Positions 9,681-20,930 are shown, counted from the stretch's first letter. The stretch: 64,000 nucleotides of DNA from Candidatus Latescibacterota bacterium (GCA_965248265.1 CBDFJF010000002.1:832001-896000), one strand, 5' to 3'. Made by a program: numbers and translations. Notes: generated from the letters alone by a model not told the origin.

Positions 9681-10676
9681 ATGAAAATCTACACGGACGC
9701 AGACGCTTCGTTGGAGCCCCTGAAGGGGCAGACGGTCGCGATCTTGGGGTATGGCAATCAGGGCAGCGCCCAGGCCCGGAACCTGAGAGACAGCGGCGCC
9801 GACGTCGTCATCGGCAATCGCGAAGACAGCTATGCGGAGCAGGCCCGCACCGACGGCTTTGAAACCCTGTCGATAGCCGATGCGGCCAGGGCCGCCGATT
9901 ACGCGCTGGTGCTGACGACGGACGAGTCGCAACCGCTGATCTGGGAAGAGCAAATCGCTCCGGGAATCGAAGCGGGCAACACACTGGTATGGGCCAGCGG
10001 TTACAACGTCGCTTATGACCTAATCAAACCTGCCGCCGATGTTGATGTCGTGATGGTAGCGCCACGGACTACCGGCAGCATGGTGCGCCTGTTGTTCGAA
10101 AACGGCAAGGGAGCCATGGCGCAGGTCGCCGTGCACGAGGATTCCTCTGGGAAGGCATGGGAGAGGATGATGGCGATCGCTATGGGAATCGGTGCCACTA
10201 AAGGTGGCGTCTTCGAATCCTCATTCCGCGAAGAGGCGGAGCTGGATCTGTTTGCCGAGCAGGTGGTCTGGGCCGGATTCGTCGCCTGGATCCGGGAGTG
10301 CTTCGATCTGGGTGTGGAGCAGGGTTTTTCACCCGAGTTACTCGTGCTCGAGCTCTACGCTTCGCAGGAGGCGTCTGAGATCTTCGGCCTGATGGCACAG
10401 CACGGTTTCTTCAAGCAGATGGCGCATCACTCGACGACCAGCCAGTACGGCACGCTGTCCCGGGCACCGCTTGTTCTCAACGATGAGGTGCGAGCCCGTA
10501 TGCGTAGCAGCCTTGTAAAAGACATCAAGGGTGGTGGATTCGCCCGGGAATGGAGCAGCGAGCAGGCCGCCGGGTCGAAGGATCTTGCCAAGCTAAAGGA
10601 AGCCGCCTTCGCCAGCGCCATGGCCAAGGCCGAAGAGACGGTTATCGAGCTGGTACAGCAGGCTCACTCGGTCTGA
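9681..10676 (+). CDS. Ketol-acid reductoisomerase (IlvC)-like protein, divergent
   Basis: MKIYTDADASL, ILGYGNQG, NLRDSG, DESQ, DLFAEQ, STTSQYG; several canonical residues differ. Confidence 0.85.
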   Translation: MKIYTDADASLEPLKGQTVAILGYGNQGSAQARNLRDSGADVVIGNREDSYAEQARTDGFETLSIADAARAADYALVLTTDESQPLIWEEQIAPGIEAGNTLVWASGYNVAYDLIKPAADVDVVMVAPRTTGSMVRLLFENGKGAMAQVAVHEDSSGKAWERMMAIAMGIGATKGGVFESSFREEAELDLFAEQVVWAGFVAWIRECFDLGVEQGFSPELLVLELYASQEASEIFGLMAQHGFFKQMAHHSTTSQYGTLSRAPLVLNDEVRARMRSSLVKDIKGGGFAREWSSEQAAGSKDLAKLKEAAFASAMAKAEETVIELVQQAHSV

Positions 10677-10783
10677 GTTTATTCCAAAGAGCAAATAACA
10701 GCTGTCGCGTGGCGTGGCCGGTTCGCGAAGACACCGCCGCCGCCCTTCGAGCAGGACAGTTGCGGCGCACCGGCATCGCGGCC

Positions 10784-11905
10784 TCAGGCAGAATCCACCA
10801 CCGACGGACCTCCGATTTCATCCTCTGAAGCGTAGATCCGCGCAACGCGTTGTGCGATGTCTTCCCAGCCAAATTCCAGCGCCCGGCGGTAAGCCGCTTC
10901 GCTCGCCGCTTCCAGATCGAACAAGTGGATCTGCGAAAGGGCTCGCTCCAGCCCGTCGTCTTCATCGGGGTCGAAGAGGATGCCCATCGAGTCGTCGATG
11001 AGCTCGGGCAGGCATCCTCGCCGCGGCAGGATCACCGGGGTGCCGAATGACAGAGCCGTGATCGCCGAACCTGATGTGAGAACTTCGGCGAACGGTAAGA
11101 CGACGGCGTCGGCAGCGTTCAGATAGATCTGAAAGTCCGACTCGGGAAAATAGGGGTTGGTGAAGACGAGAATCCTGTCGTCACCGACGGCCTGTCGTTC
11201 CAACTCGGCGGCATATTCCGGGTTGAAGGAGGAGCGCAGCATCAATAAGAGTACGGCGTCAGCGTCTGCCGCTCGGCCGAAGGCGGAGATCAGGGATTCG
11301 ACCGACTTGTAGGTGCGGGCATTACCGAAGAACAGGTAGACGAAGCGGGCTTCATCTATGCGCAGCTGAGCTCGGGCCTCAGTGCGGGAGATCTGGTTCG
11401 GAAACGCATTGATGAAATGGCCGTGCGGGATGATCTCGACGCGATCGCGTCGACCGAAGTGCTCAGCCGCCAGCTGTGCCGCATGCCGGCAGTGGGTGAT
11501 GACGACGTCGGCGTGCTCGCACACCAGGAGACGGGCGGCACGGTCTACCTGTGGGAAGGGGCGTTCGTGTGGGTAGAGGTTGTGTAGCGTCCAGATGATG
11601 CGATAGCCGAGTTTGCGTGCGTAGAACAGGTTCGCGGCGAAATGGTCGTAGCGTTCCTGCGTTGCGGCGAGACTATCTTCGCGGTAAAACTGATGCAGCC
11701 AGTTAAAGTGGAGGACGCTGAACTCCTCCCGGTTGTCGCGCAGCCACTCCCGTGAAAAGGCGTAATCGCCCAGTTCCAGTTGGATACCACGGTGGGCAAG
11801 GGCCAGTGCAAGCAGGCCGGCGTACGGATTGCAGCGATGTGCCAGGGTCAGGCCGCCGACGTCCTCCCAGAAAAAGAAGACCTTCACGATCGGCCGTCGG
11901 TACAC
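10784..11905 (-). CDS. Glycosyltransferase family 4 (GT-B)
   Basis: WTLHNLYPHE, IIPHG, LFFGNARTYK, AADAVVLPF...TSGSAITALSFGTPVI. Confidence 0.88.
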   Translation of the reverse strand: MYRRPIVKVFFFWEDVGGLTLAHRCNPYAGLLALALAHRGIQLELGDYAFSREWLRDNREEFSVLHFNWLHQFYREDSLAATQERYDHFAANLFYARKLGYRIIWTLHNLYPHERPFPQVDRAARLLVCEHADVVITHCRHAAQLAAEHFGRRDRVEIIPHGHFINAFPNQISRTEARAQLRIDEARFVYLFFGNARTYKSVESLISAFGRAADADAVLLLMLRSSFNPEYAAELERQAVGDDRILVFTNPYFPESDFQIYLNAADAVVLPFAEVLTSGSAITALSFGTPVILPRRGCLPELIDDSMGILFDPDEDDGLERALSQIHLFDLEAASEAAYRRALEFGWEDIAQRVARIYASEDEIGGPSVVDSA

Positions 11906-14016
11906 ACAGGGGTGCGAGCATAGCTGAACACACGGTCAGCCTCCGCTTCCCCCGGCAGGGTCACTTGCTGTTGCGTCGACAGCGCCACCAGGTGGCGTTC
12001 GCCGTCAGCTATGTGTACCCAAAATGCCAGGGTGCTCTCTGGCATGGTTCCCACGACGGGACTGATCCGGTCAATTCGACACTCGCTATGCCATCCATGG
12101 AACACGGCGACGTACGTCGTCGACTTGGCCGTTCGGCGCCGCAAAACGATATCGCTCGTGCGCGAAGTCGGGTTGTAGGGCACATGGCCCAGGACGACGG
12201 TGGTGCCGCTTTCGAACGGCAGGAATAACGACAGGTGGCCCTGTCGCAGACGCCAATCCAGGCGAGGACTGAGATCATTCGCAGGCGATTCGGGCAGGAA
12301 GAAGGACGCCGCATCGACATGACCATAGCCGTCGCCATCCATGGCTACCGGCTCGTCCGTTACGAATCCCAGGGGGTCGAGCAGGTCGCCATCGACGCGA
12401 CAGGCCCAGTCAAGTCGGCGTTCGCGGCTGGCCTCCACGGTGAAGAAATCGACGAAGTACTCCCCTTCTGCACATTGGAGTATGGTCCGCCGCATCGAGA
12501 TGCCGTCATACGGTTCCTGCTGCCATTCGACCCAGGCATCTGCCGTGCCCGCCAATGGGTCGCTGCCTTCAGCGAGAATTCCGTGCGCCCGGGGTTGTGA
12601 GTATCCGTCGACGATGACGGTATTGTGGCTGAGGGTCTGACGGAACCACGAATCATTCAGGGGAATGCCATAACCAGGAGTGCCAAGGTCAGGCGACGTG
12701 GGGTGGCCTCCGACGTAGAAGGAGATCGCTAGCTTGTCGGGATGGCCGTGGCCTCCGCCGTGGGGTCCGTGTTTGAGGAGAAGGCTGGTTTGGGTGGACA
12801 GCGGATCGCTCGACCGCAATAGGGAAATACCCGCCGTCGGCAGCAGGCAGCCTGTGGGGGCGAATTTGGTGTCTGCCGCTGGCAGATCGACCCCATATAG
12901 CAGCGCTTCGATCGAGTCCCGGCGCGATGGGGAAGTGTAGTTCTGCTGCAGGATCCAGACAAAGCGCCGGTCATCGAACCAGGCATGCGCGACTTCATAC
13001 AGTGCCGCCGCCGTTGGCACGCCGTGGCAGACCTCACCCAGCAACGACGTCGAGAACCAGCAGTCATTCGTGGCCGGCAGTCTTCCGTCCGGTTGCATCA
13101 ACTTGACGGCAACCGAGAACATTCTTTCCAGCCGGGGCTCCTTTCCTGGCAGTGAGTCGTCGGCACATTCACACAACTGTGCCAGCGAGACCAGGGCGGT
13201 TAAGGCGTAGAAGTGGTAGCTGGACGAGCCCTCCCACCACCATCCATCGTCATCGACACCACCACGCAGCTGTTGCCAGAAGCCGAATTCGCTTTTGAGT
13301 GCTTCGTCCTGCCAAGCGGTCTCGCCGAGGCAGAGACCGACGGCGGCGATGGCGGCGTTGTGCCAGCACTCGATGTTGTGAATCTCGAGGAAGCGCTCCC
13401 GTAGCAGGTGCTCGGCGGCCGGGCGCAACAACGCATTCTCGATCTGCTGACGCGCGTCGGTGCCCAGTGACTCCCGCAACAAATCGTAGGCTCGCACCAG
13501 CGGGATCAACCACACCGCCTCGTCCAGAGACTGAAAGGTGGCTTTGCCGCCGCCACCACGTCGTCCGTTGCGGGTCTTTCCGACTTCGGGTCGGGAGCCC
13601 TCATAGTGTGAATAGCGTTCGGCGTACCCGCGCAGGATGTCGTGGCATCGCGAGCGGCAGGCCTCATCGTCGTCCAGACTCCACAGAATGGCGAGTTGAA
13701 AAGCCGTCGTTGACAATCTGTCATTGACGAACCAGCGCCAGGCCGCGTCATACGGCTCACCCACGAATTCGCGTCCATCCTCCGGACAGCGGTGCCTGTA
13801 GGGATCAGCGGGATCGAAGCGGAGTTGCTGAGCGTGATCGGGGCAGAAGTAATCGTGATAGAAGCCGGCAGTCTTATCGGGTGGAGCCAGAGAAGCATTC
13901 GACGATAGAAAGGCTTCGGCCTCGTTTCGGACTCTACTATACGCGGGTTGGAATGCAGGTGTCCGCGAGCGGCTGCGAGCCAGCTCCATACGGCTGGGAC
14001 TCATGATTCGAGACAT
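11884..14016 (-). CDS. Heparinase II/III-family polysaccharide lyase (oligoalginate lyase-like)
   Basis: HNIECWHNAA, WWEGSSSYHFY, HGHPDKL, SHNTVIVDGYSQ; no signal peptide. Confidence 0.85.
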   Translation of the reverse strand: MSRIMSPSRMELARSRSRTPAFQPAYSRVRNEAEAFLSSNASLAPPDKTAGFYHDYFCPDHAQQLRFDPADPYRHRCPEDGREFVGEPYDAAWRWFVNDRLSTTAFQLAILWSLDDDEACRSRCHDILRGYAERYSHYEGSRPEVGKTRNGRRGGGGKATFQSLDEAVWLIPLVRAYDLLRESLGTDARQQIENALLRPAAEHLLRERFLEIHNIECWHNAAIAAVGLCLGETAWQDEALKSEFGFWQQLRGGVDDDGWWWEGSSSYHFYALTALVSLAQLCECADDSLPGKEPRLERMFSVAVKLMQPDGRLPATNDCWFSTSLLGEVCHGVPTAAALYEVAHAWFDDRRFVWILQQNYTSPSRRDSIEALLYGVDLPAADTKFAPTGCLLPTAGISLLRSSDPLSTQTSLLLKHGPHGGGHGHPDKLAISFYVGGHPTSPDLGTPGYGIPLNDSWFRQTLSHNTVIVDGYSQPRAHGILAEGSDPLAGTADAWVEWQQEPYDGISMRRTILQCAEGEYFVDFFTVEASRERRLDWACRVDGDLLDPLGFVTDEPVAMDGDGYGHVDAASFFLPESPANDLSPRLDWRLRQGHLSLFLPFESGTTVVLGHVPYNPTSRTSDIVLRRRTAKSTTYVAVFHGWHSECRIDRISPVVGTMPESTLAFWVHIADGERHLVALSTQQQVTLPGEAEADRVFSYARTPVCTDGRS

Positions 14017-14065
14017 CGTGATCCGTGTTGGCCAAATCGCGGTGACTGAAGAGCGAGCCGATCGG

Positions 14066-15007
14066 CTACTTTTCTTGGGATACCCTTTTGCTGTCCAGGG
14101 TGGTTTTGACCAGCTCGCGCAGGTCTTCGACGCTGACCGGTTTCATCAGGTAGCCGTCAAAGGCATGGGTTTTGAGTTCTTCTTCTTCCATGTAGCCGGT
14201 CACCGCCAGCACTGGAAGCTTCGGGTGCTTGGCTCGCAGCTGCTTGAGTAGACCGATGCCATCCAGCTCCGGCATCTGGATATCGGTCACGACCAGGTCG
14301 GGTGATTCAGCCTTGATCACATCCAGGGCCTGCTTGCCGTCCGCCGCTTCTGATACAACGTACTGGTCCAGCCCTTTGGCGAGGAGTTTGCGTGCGGCCG
14401 GCTCATCGTCGACGACGAGGATGCGTGGCTCATTGGCGCGGGTCTCGATCTCGGCTTCGGCGTCTTTCCGCGGCATACCCTTTTCGGCCAACAGGTCCAA
14501 GGCAATGTTCAGGCGCCGTTCGAGCCGGCTTCCATCTTCGGCGAAACGAGCCTTCGCCGACAGGAAGTCGCGCATGCGGACATTGTCCTGCACCAGCTTT
14601 TCCGAAAGCATGCGGATGACGTTCTCGAAGATCTTTGACTTGAGCTCGCGCTGTCCGCGCAAGATGATGTCGAGTTTGGCTTTCTGGATTATCAGTATTC
14701 GGCTTGGGCTGATGGCTTCAACTGTTGCCGACCGGGGTTGCCCTGTGATCGCTCCCATTTCCCCTACCGTGGTCACCGGACGAATCGTGGCGACTCGGAA
14801 CGAGTTGTCGGCGACGATGGCCAGCTTGCCGGTGAGCAGGACATACATCTCATCACTGGGTTTGCCGCGCACGCACACCTTGGTACCGGGATCGACGCTC
14901 TTGGCCGTGCATTGACCCAGTATCAAGCGGATCTGTGTGGGGGAGAGGCCATGAAAAAGTGGGATCTTCTTCAGGACCTCGACCAGCTCTTTGGTTCTAT
15001 CCTGCAT
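14066..15007 (-). CDS. cNMP-binding domain plus C-terminal receiver domain protein, copy 1
   Basis: IPLFHGLS, VGEMGAITGQPRSATV; ILVVDDE, VTDIQMPELDG, MKP; start taken at MQDRTK. Confidence 0.88.
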   Translation of the reverse strand: MQDRTKELVEVLKKIPLFHGLSPTQIRLILGQCTAKSVDPGTKVCVRGKPSDEMYVLLTGKLAIVADNSFRVATIRPVTTVGEMGAITGQPRSATVEAISPSRILIIQKAKLDIILRGQRELKSKIFENVIRMLSEKLVQDNVRMRDFLSAKARFAEDGSRLERRLNIALDLLAEKGMPRKDAEAEIETRANEPRILVVDDEPAARKLLAKGLDQYVVSEAADGKQALDVIKAESPDLVVTDIQMPELDGIGLLKQLRAKHPKLPVLAVTGYMEEEELKTHAFDGYLMKPVSVEDLRELVKTTLDSKRVSQEK

Positions 15008-15194
15008 ACAACCTGCTCTCCCGCTTCGACGATCCGCTCCATGATTGCGGACAACCGTACAGAATAGTGGAAGTCTTTCTCGGGTTTCTGTCAACGATGA
15101 GCAAACGCCGGTCGCTTGACAGGGTGCGCGGCCGCGATGTACCGTGCCTGCCAACGCGGACCATTCTCCGAACACGGGGAGAGAGAGTGAGATT

Positions 15195-16241
15195 ATGGCT
15201 GTAACATGGACATCGACGAAACGGCTGCACGTGATTCTCGCCGCTGGCGTTTCCTGCATGATCGCGGGCGGCGTTGCCGCTCATGCTCAGAGACCACCGG
15301 CGCCCGTTATCGTATCGGAAGTACTGGCGCAGGAAGTCGTTGACGCGATCACCCTGGTAGGCACCGTCCAGGGACGCCGCAACAGCACGGTTGCCAGCGA
15401 GACGGATGGCAAGGTTGTGGGCGTGCTGAAGGAGGCCGGCCAAGCGCTGCGCGCCGGCGACCCACTGATTCGCCTTGAGAATGATCAGCTTCGCGCGGCG
15501 TTGATCGAGGCGCTCGCCGACGTCAAGTTGCGCCGCTTCAACTCACAACAAAGCGCTGCGTTGTTGCGCGAGGAAGCTGTGTCGGAACAGTCGCAGCGCG
15601 ACAGTGACTATGAGTTTGACCGGGCGCAGGCGAAGCTGACGGATTTGCGCAACCAGGTTGAGGATCTCGAAATCAAGGCCCCTTTTGACGGCTACGTCGT
15701 CCAAACCACGGCCGAGCTGGGAGAGTGGATTGACCGTGGAGAAGGCGTGGCACAGGTCATCTCCATCGACACGGTTCGAATCAGGGTTGACGTGCCCGAG
15801 CATTACGTTGACGGGCTGCGCCTTGGAGCATCGGCCAGCCTCTATATCGATGCCCTGAGTTCCAGTCAATTTGAAGGGCGTGTCGTCGCCATTCTGCCCC
15901 AGGGCCTGCCGGACTCTCGCACCTTCCCCGTCATCGTCGAAACCCTGAATCCGCGCCACCGCATGCGTGGCGGTATGTCGTCGCGAGTGACGCTGGATAT
16001 CGAACGCCCCGGCACGGCCCTTCTCGTGCACAAGGATGCGCTCGTGAGCGGACCCATGGGCCACATGGTCTACCTCGCTCAGCAGGAGCAGGCTGCGGCC
16101 AGACCAGTGACTGCAGGAATGCCGCACAAGGGATACGTCTCCGTCCAGGGTGACCTTGCAGCTGGTGACCTCGTCATCGTCCGCGGCAACGAGCGCCTGC
16201 AAGACGGCCAGACGATTCGGGTCATCCGCCGACAGGAATGA
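15195..16241 (+). CDS. RND efflux periplasmic adaptor (MFP)
   Basis: N-terminal hydrophobic segment, VASETDGKV, IKAPFDG, SRTFPV, VRGNERLQDGQ. Confidence 0.92.
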   Translation: MAVTWTSTKRLHVILAAGVSCMIAGGVAAHAQRPPAPVIVSEVLAQEVVDAITLVGTVQGRRNSTVASETDGKVVGVLKEAGQALRAGDPLIRLENDQLRAALIEALADVKLRRFNSQQSAALLREEAVSEQSQRDSDYEFDRAQAKLTDLRNQVEDLEIKAPFDGYVVQTTAELGEWIDRGEGVAQVISIDTVRIRVDVPEHYVDGLRLGASASLYIDALSSSQFEGRVVAILPQGLPDSRTFPVIVETLNPRHRMRGGMSSRVTLDIERPGTALLVHKDALVSGPMGHMVYLAQQEQAAARPVTAGMPHKGYVSVQGDLAAGDLVIVRGNERLQDGQTIRVIRRQE

Positions 16242-16242
16242 G

Positions 16243-19200
16243 ATGAAGCTCGTCCAGTCCTCCATTCAGCGTCGTCGTCGGCATCATTTTCGTTGCCTTG
16301 TTCGGCCTCATCTCGCTGTTCCGTATTCCCGTACAGTTGACGCCGGATGTCGATCGTCCCGTGGTGACGGTTACGACCACCTGGGCGGGTGCCAGTCCAG
16401 AGGAGATCGAGCAGGAGATCGTTCAACGCCAGGAAGAAAAGCTCAAGAGCGTTGAGGGATTGGTGAAGATGACGAGCGAGTCCACGGACAGTCGCGGCGT
16501 CATCAACCTGGAATTTGCCGTGGGCAACAATCCTGAGGCCTCGCTGTTGACGGTATCGAATAAACTGGAGCAGGTCACCGGCTATCCATTGGATGCGGAT
16601 CGTCCTAACGTGGCCAGCGGCAGTGCTTCCAACACCAACTGGATCACCTGGATCATCCTCGACGTCATGCCCGGTCACGAGGAGGATATCGACGTCGAGT
16701 TGTTTCGCGATCTGGCTGACGATGTTATCAAGGCCGAACTCGAGCGGGTCCCGGGTGTGGCTCAGAGCAACGTGTACGGCGGTTACGACCGTGAACTGCA
16801 GGTGGTCGTCGATCCGGTTGCGTTGGCCGCGCGGGGCATCACCGTCGACGAGATGGCGACGGCGATTGCCAGCGAAAACATCAACATCAGTGCCGGTTCG
16901 TTCGATGAGGGCAAACGTCGTTACATCGTTCGCACCGTAGGCCAATTCCAACGACCCGAGGACATCGAGGCCGTTGTCATTCGAGCGAGCGGAGAACGGG
17001 TCACCGTCGGAGACGTGGCGCGGGCGAAGCTGGGGTACAAGCGTTCCGAAGCGACGGTGCGCGTCAAGGGTCGCCAGGCCATCGCCATCAACGCCACGCG
17101 TGAGACCGGCGCCAACGTGCTGGTAGTGATGGAAGGGATCCGCGAGACCATTGTCGCACTCAACGCAGGGCCACTGGCTGCCGAACACCTGTTCCTGGAG
17201 CAGGTTTACGATGAGACCGAGTACATCTCCTCGGCCATCGACCTGGTGCGCAGCAATATTTTCATCGGCGGACTGCTGTCAATCTGTGTGCTGCTGCTGT
17301 TTCTGCGCAGCGCCAGCAGCGTCCTCATCATCGCCACGGCGATTCCGATTTCGATCGCCGAGACGTTTCTGGTGATGTCGCTGATGGGCCGCAACATCAA
17401 TGTGATCAGCCTGGCTGGGATGGCCTTCGCCATCGGCATGCTCGTCGACAATGCCATCGTTGCCCTGGAGAATATTTTTCGCCACCTCGAGATGGGCAAG
17501 AGTCGCACTCAGGCTGCCTACGATGGCGTCGTGGAGGTGTGGGGCGCATTGCTCGCAAGCACCTTGACGACGGTGGCGATCTTTCTGCCGATCGTCTTCG
17601 TCGAGGATGAAGCAGGACAGCTCTTTCGTGATATCGCCATCGCAGTTTCGGCCTCTGTGACCCTCAGTCTGATCGCGGCGATCACGGTCATACCGATGAT
17701 GGCGAACAAGATCATGCGCAGGCGGGATGCCAGAGAGCGTGACGACAGCCAAGCTGGCATGCTGGCTTTTTTGGATCGTTTTGGGGAGCGAGCCAAAGAC
17801 GGCATCACCAACAGCGTATACAGCATAAGCGGCAGCACCTTCGCCCGTCTTGCCGTCGTTATCCTGCTCGTCGGCAGCTCGGCGTTACTCGTGCGATGGC
17901 TGGCACCAAAAGCGGAATACCTTCCCACCGGAAACCGCAACCTGATTTTCTCGATCCTGCTGCCGCCACCCGGTTACAACCTGGATGAGCTGATCTCCGT
18001 GGGACAGGGGATTGAGGAGGTGCTGCGTCCGCGCTGGGAAGCCGAACCCGGAACGCCAGCTGCAGATGCTATCGAGGGACCATTGATGAAAAACATGTTC
18101 TTCGTGGCTTTTGGCAGAACAGCCTTCATGGGGGCGCGGGCGCAAGATCACGACCGTGCGCGCGAGCTCATCCCCATCATCCAAGGGCCGCTCTTCGGTG
18201 TGCCCGGGATGATCGCCATCGTCATCCAGTCCGGCCTGTTTCAGCGTGGCGGACGAGCCATCGATATCGAGATTACCGGACCGGAACTGGAGCGTCTCGT
18301 CGGTCTCGGAGGTCAGATATTCGGCCAGGTGATGCAGGTGGTTCCCGGCAGTCAAGCCCGACCCATCCCCAGCCTCGACATCGGCAACCCGGAAGTGCGA
18401 GTCATTCCCGATCGCATTCGCGCGGCCGAGGTCGGTCTGTCCACCCGCGAAATCGGAGTCGCCGTGAACGCGCTGATGGACGGGGCCTTGATCGACGGGT
18501 ACCAGTATCGCGGCGAGGAGATCGATCTGGTACTGAAGGGCATGGAGGACTGGTTCCGAACCCAGGACATCGGCAACCTGCTCATCCACACTCCACAGGG
18601 ACGTTTGATTCCACTCAGCTCGGTGGCCGAGGTGATAACGACGACGGGCCCCGAGCAGATCAATCACATCGAGCGCACACGGGCCATCACGATTCAGGTG
18701 ACGCCGCCCGAATCGATCGCGCTCGAGACCGCCATCGATGATATCAGGCAGCAGATCATCGAGCCGTTTCAGGCCAGCGGGCAAGTCAACGCGCCGTTCT
18801 CCATCCAGCTCTCGGGCACCGCCGACGATCTGAGCCAGACCAGGGATGCTCTGCAATGGAACTTCCTGCTCGCCCTGGTCATCACCTTTTTGCTGATGGC
18901 GTCTCTGTTCGAGAGCTTCCTCTATCCTCTCGTCATCATGTTGAGCGTACCTGCTGCAGCCGCCGGCGGGGTGCTGGGATTAGTTGCCGTGAATGCGGCG
19001 GGGACCTTTCAGGCCATGGATATCCTGACGATGCTGGGTTTCGTCATTCTCATCGGCGTTGTCGTAAACGCCGCCATCCTGATCGTGCACCAGACCCTGA
19101 ACATCATGCGAGCCGAGCCCGAGGTTGATCCCCGAGATGCGATTCGCCGCGCCGTGGACAGTCGGGTGCGGCCCATTTTTATGTCGGTGATCACGAGTGC

Positions 19201-19396
19201 CTTCGGCATGATGCCGCTGGTGGTCTTTCCCGGGGCCGGCTCCGAGCTCTACCGTGGGTTGGGGAGCGTCGTCATCGGCGGTCTGCTGCTGTCGACGGTA
19301 TTCACTCTGTTTTTGGTGCCAACGATCTTGAGTCTGGCCATGGATGCCCGTGCCTGGGCTCGCGGGATGAGCCGGCAAGCTAAGGCGGCTCAGTGA
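16243..19396 (+). CDS. RND efflux permease (AcrB-like) with an apparent frameshift near 16270
   Basis: MKLVQSSIQ from 16243 continues in another frame as VVVGIIFVALFGLISL; GMLVDNAIV, RVRPIFMS, GSELYRGLG. Confidence 0.9.
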
Positions 19397-20724
19397 TGGG
19401 GGAGCGGCATCGGCACACGATCGTGGTGACTGCAATGGCTGTCTCTTGTTGGTTGGCGCCTGCCGGTGGGGAGGATGCGCTGGTGTTGACGACGGAGTCC
19501 GGCGTACGACTCGCCCTCCAGCACAACGAGCGCATCATGATGGCGCGTTCGGACCGGATCAAAGCGGATGAGAATGCCAGGGAAGCACGGGCAGATGGAC
19601 TGCCACAGCTGGACGCCCATGTCGATTACGATCGCAACTGGCTGTTGCCGTCTTTCGTCTTCAACGACAACCGGTTTTCTATTGGCAATGACAACAATCT
19701 GACGGGCTCATTGCGGCTGACGCAGCCGCTGTACCGGGGGGGAGGCATTCGAGCACAGGTAAAGGCTGCCCAGCTGGAGGTACAATACGCCCGTGAAGTC
19801 GAAAGGGCCGTTCGCCAACAGCTCACGGCTGAGGTTGAGGCTATGTTCTACGAGTACCTGCTGGCTGCCGAGTTGGCCAGAGTGAGTGACCTGTCTGTCG
19901 CGCGCGCGCGCTCCAACCTGACGCGGGTCGAGGCTCTACGCCGGGCCGGGCAGGTCTCCGAATACGACCTGCTGCGGGCGCGGGTCCAGGTTACCGTGGT
20001 CAGTACGGACTCGCTGAGCGCGCGCACCGATGTCGCCAAGGCGAAGGTCAGGCTGCTGGATCGGTTAGGGCTGGATCTGCAGCGCGCGGTCAGGATAGAA
20101 ACCCGGTTCCGAACCGAAAGTGGGCTCGCCGGTACAGCCATGGACAGCCTGCTGGGCGTCGGCGTCAGGCGCAGGCCGGAAGCGCTACAACTGGCTCAGC
20201 TGATAAGATCTCGCGAACGCCAGATCCAGGTTGAGAAGGCCGAAGGGCGTCCCCGGGTTGATCTGGTGGTGGATGGTCAGATGCAGTATCAGGAAGATGA
20301 TCTGGATTTGAGCGACCCGGATCAGTGGCAGCGCAGTTGGTCGACCGGTGTCAGGGTGGAAGTGCCGATTTTCGACGGAAAACGGTCCGGGGCCCGCACG
20401 GCGCAGGCGAGGGAGGAAACCGTGCGATTGGGCTACGAGCGGCGCCAGCTGGTGCGCGGTATCGAGCGTGAAATCACCGAGGCCTGGATGGATTGGCAGG
20501 AGTCGTTGGCGCGAGAAGGGGCCAGCCGCGGGACGGTTCAGCAGGCGACCTCCGGGCTGGGTGTCGCCCAATCCCGCTATCAGGCCGGGGCTGGCACCCA
20601 GCTGGAGATTCTCGACGCCCAACTGCTGCTGGTGCAGGCCGAGTCAGACCTGGCTGTGGCCCAGCGCGACCGGGCTCTGGCGATCGTCGAACTCGAGCGC
20701 GCCGTCGGTGTCCTGGGGGAGTAG
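19393..20724 (+). CDS. TolC-family outer membrane efflux protein
   Basis: Signal peptide, LTQPLY, PIFDG, RYQAGAGTQLEILDAQ, LERAVG; third gene of the RND operon. Confidence 0.9.
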   Translation: MMGERHRHTIVVTAMAVSCWLAPAGGEDALVLTTESGVRLALQHNERIMMARSDRIKADENAREARADGLPQLDAHVDYDRNWLLPSFVFNDNRFSIGNDNNLTGSLRLTQPLYRGGGIRAQVKAAQLEVQYAREVERAVRQQLTAEVEAMFYEYLLAAELARVSDLSVARARSNLTRVEALRRAGQVSEYDLLRARVQVTVVSTDSLSARTDVAKAKVRLLDRLGLDLQRAVRIETRFRTESGLAGTAMDSLLGVGVRRRPEALQLAQLIRSRERQIQVEKAEGRPRVDLVVDGQMQYQEDDLDLSDPDQWQRSWSTGVRVEVPIFDGKRSGARTAQAREETVRLGYERRQLVRGIEREITEAWMDWQESLAREGASRGTVQQATSGLGVAQSRYQAGAGTQLEILDAQLLLVQAESDLAVAQRDRALAIVELERAVGVLGE

Positions 20725-20740
20725 GCCGGCTATTTTTTCG

Positions 20741-20769
20741 TTGCCGATAACCCGGTGAGCCCCTATACT
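20741..20769 (+). promoter_or_regulatory. Sigma70 promoter of the cold-shock gene (about 155 nt 5' UTR)
   Basis: TTGCCG-17 nt-TATACT. Confidence 0.7.
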
Positions 20770-20930
20770 ATACGCCATCGGCCTCGGACCATTTTGGCCG
20801 GGGCAAAACCACAAGCTCCACAAGTTGGCAGTCGTACTTAAGCTGTACTGAGTTAGTCCTAACCCCAGTCCAGTGTAAGCACCCTGTTTCAACGTTGCAC
20901 CCTGCACAAGGGGAAAGGATAGACTCAGCT

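Noticed and set aside
15195-20724. RND-MFP-TolC operon as exporter of the DUF11 proteins
   Set aside because: It is an ordinary small-molecule RND type lying 18 kb away, not an ABC-type T1SS.
20825-20842. TTGGCA upstream of csp as a sigma54 promoter
   Set aside because: No GC at the -12 position (GG-N10-TA); a good sigma70 promoter explains the unit.
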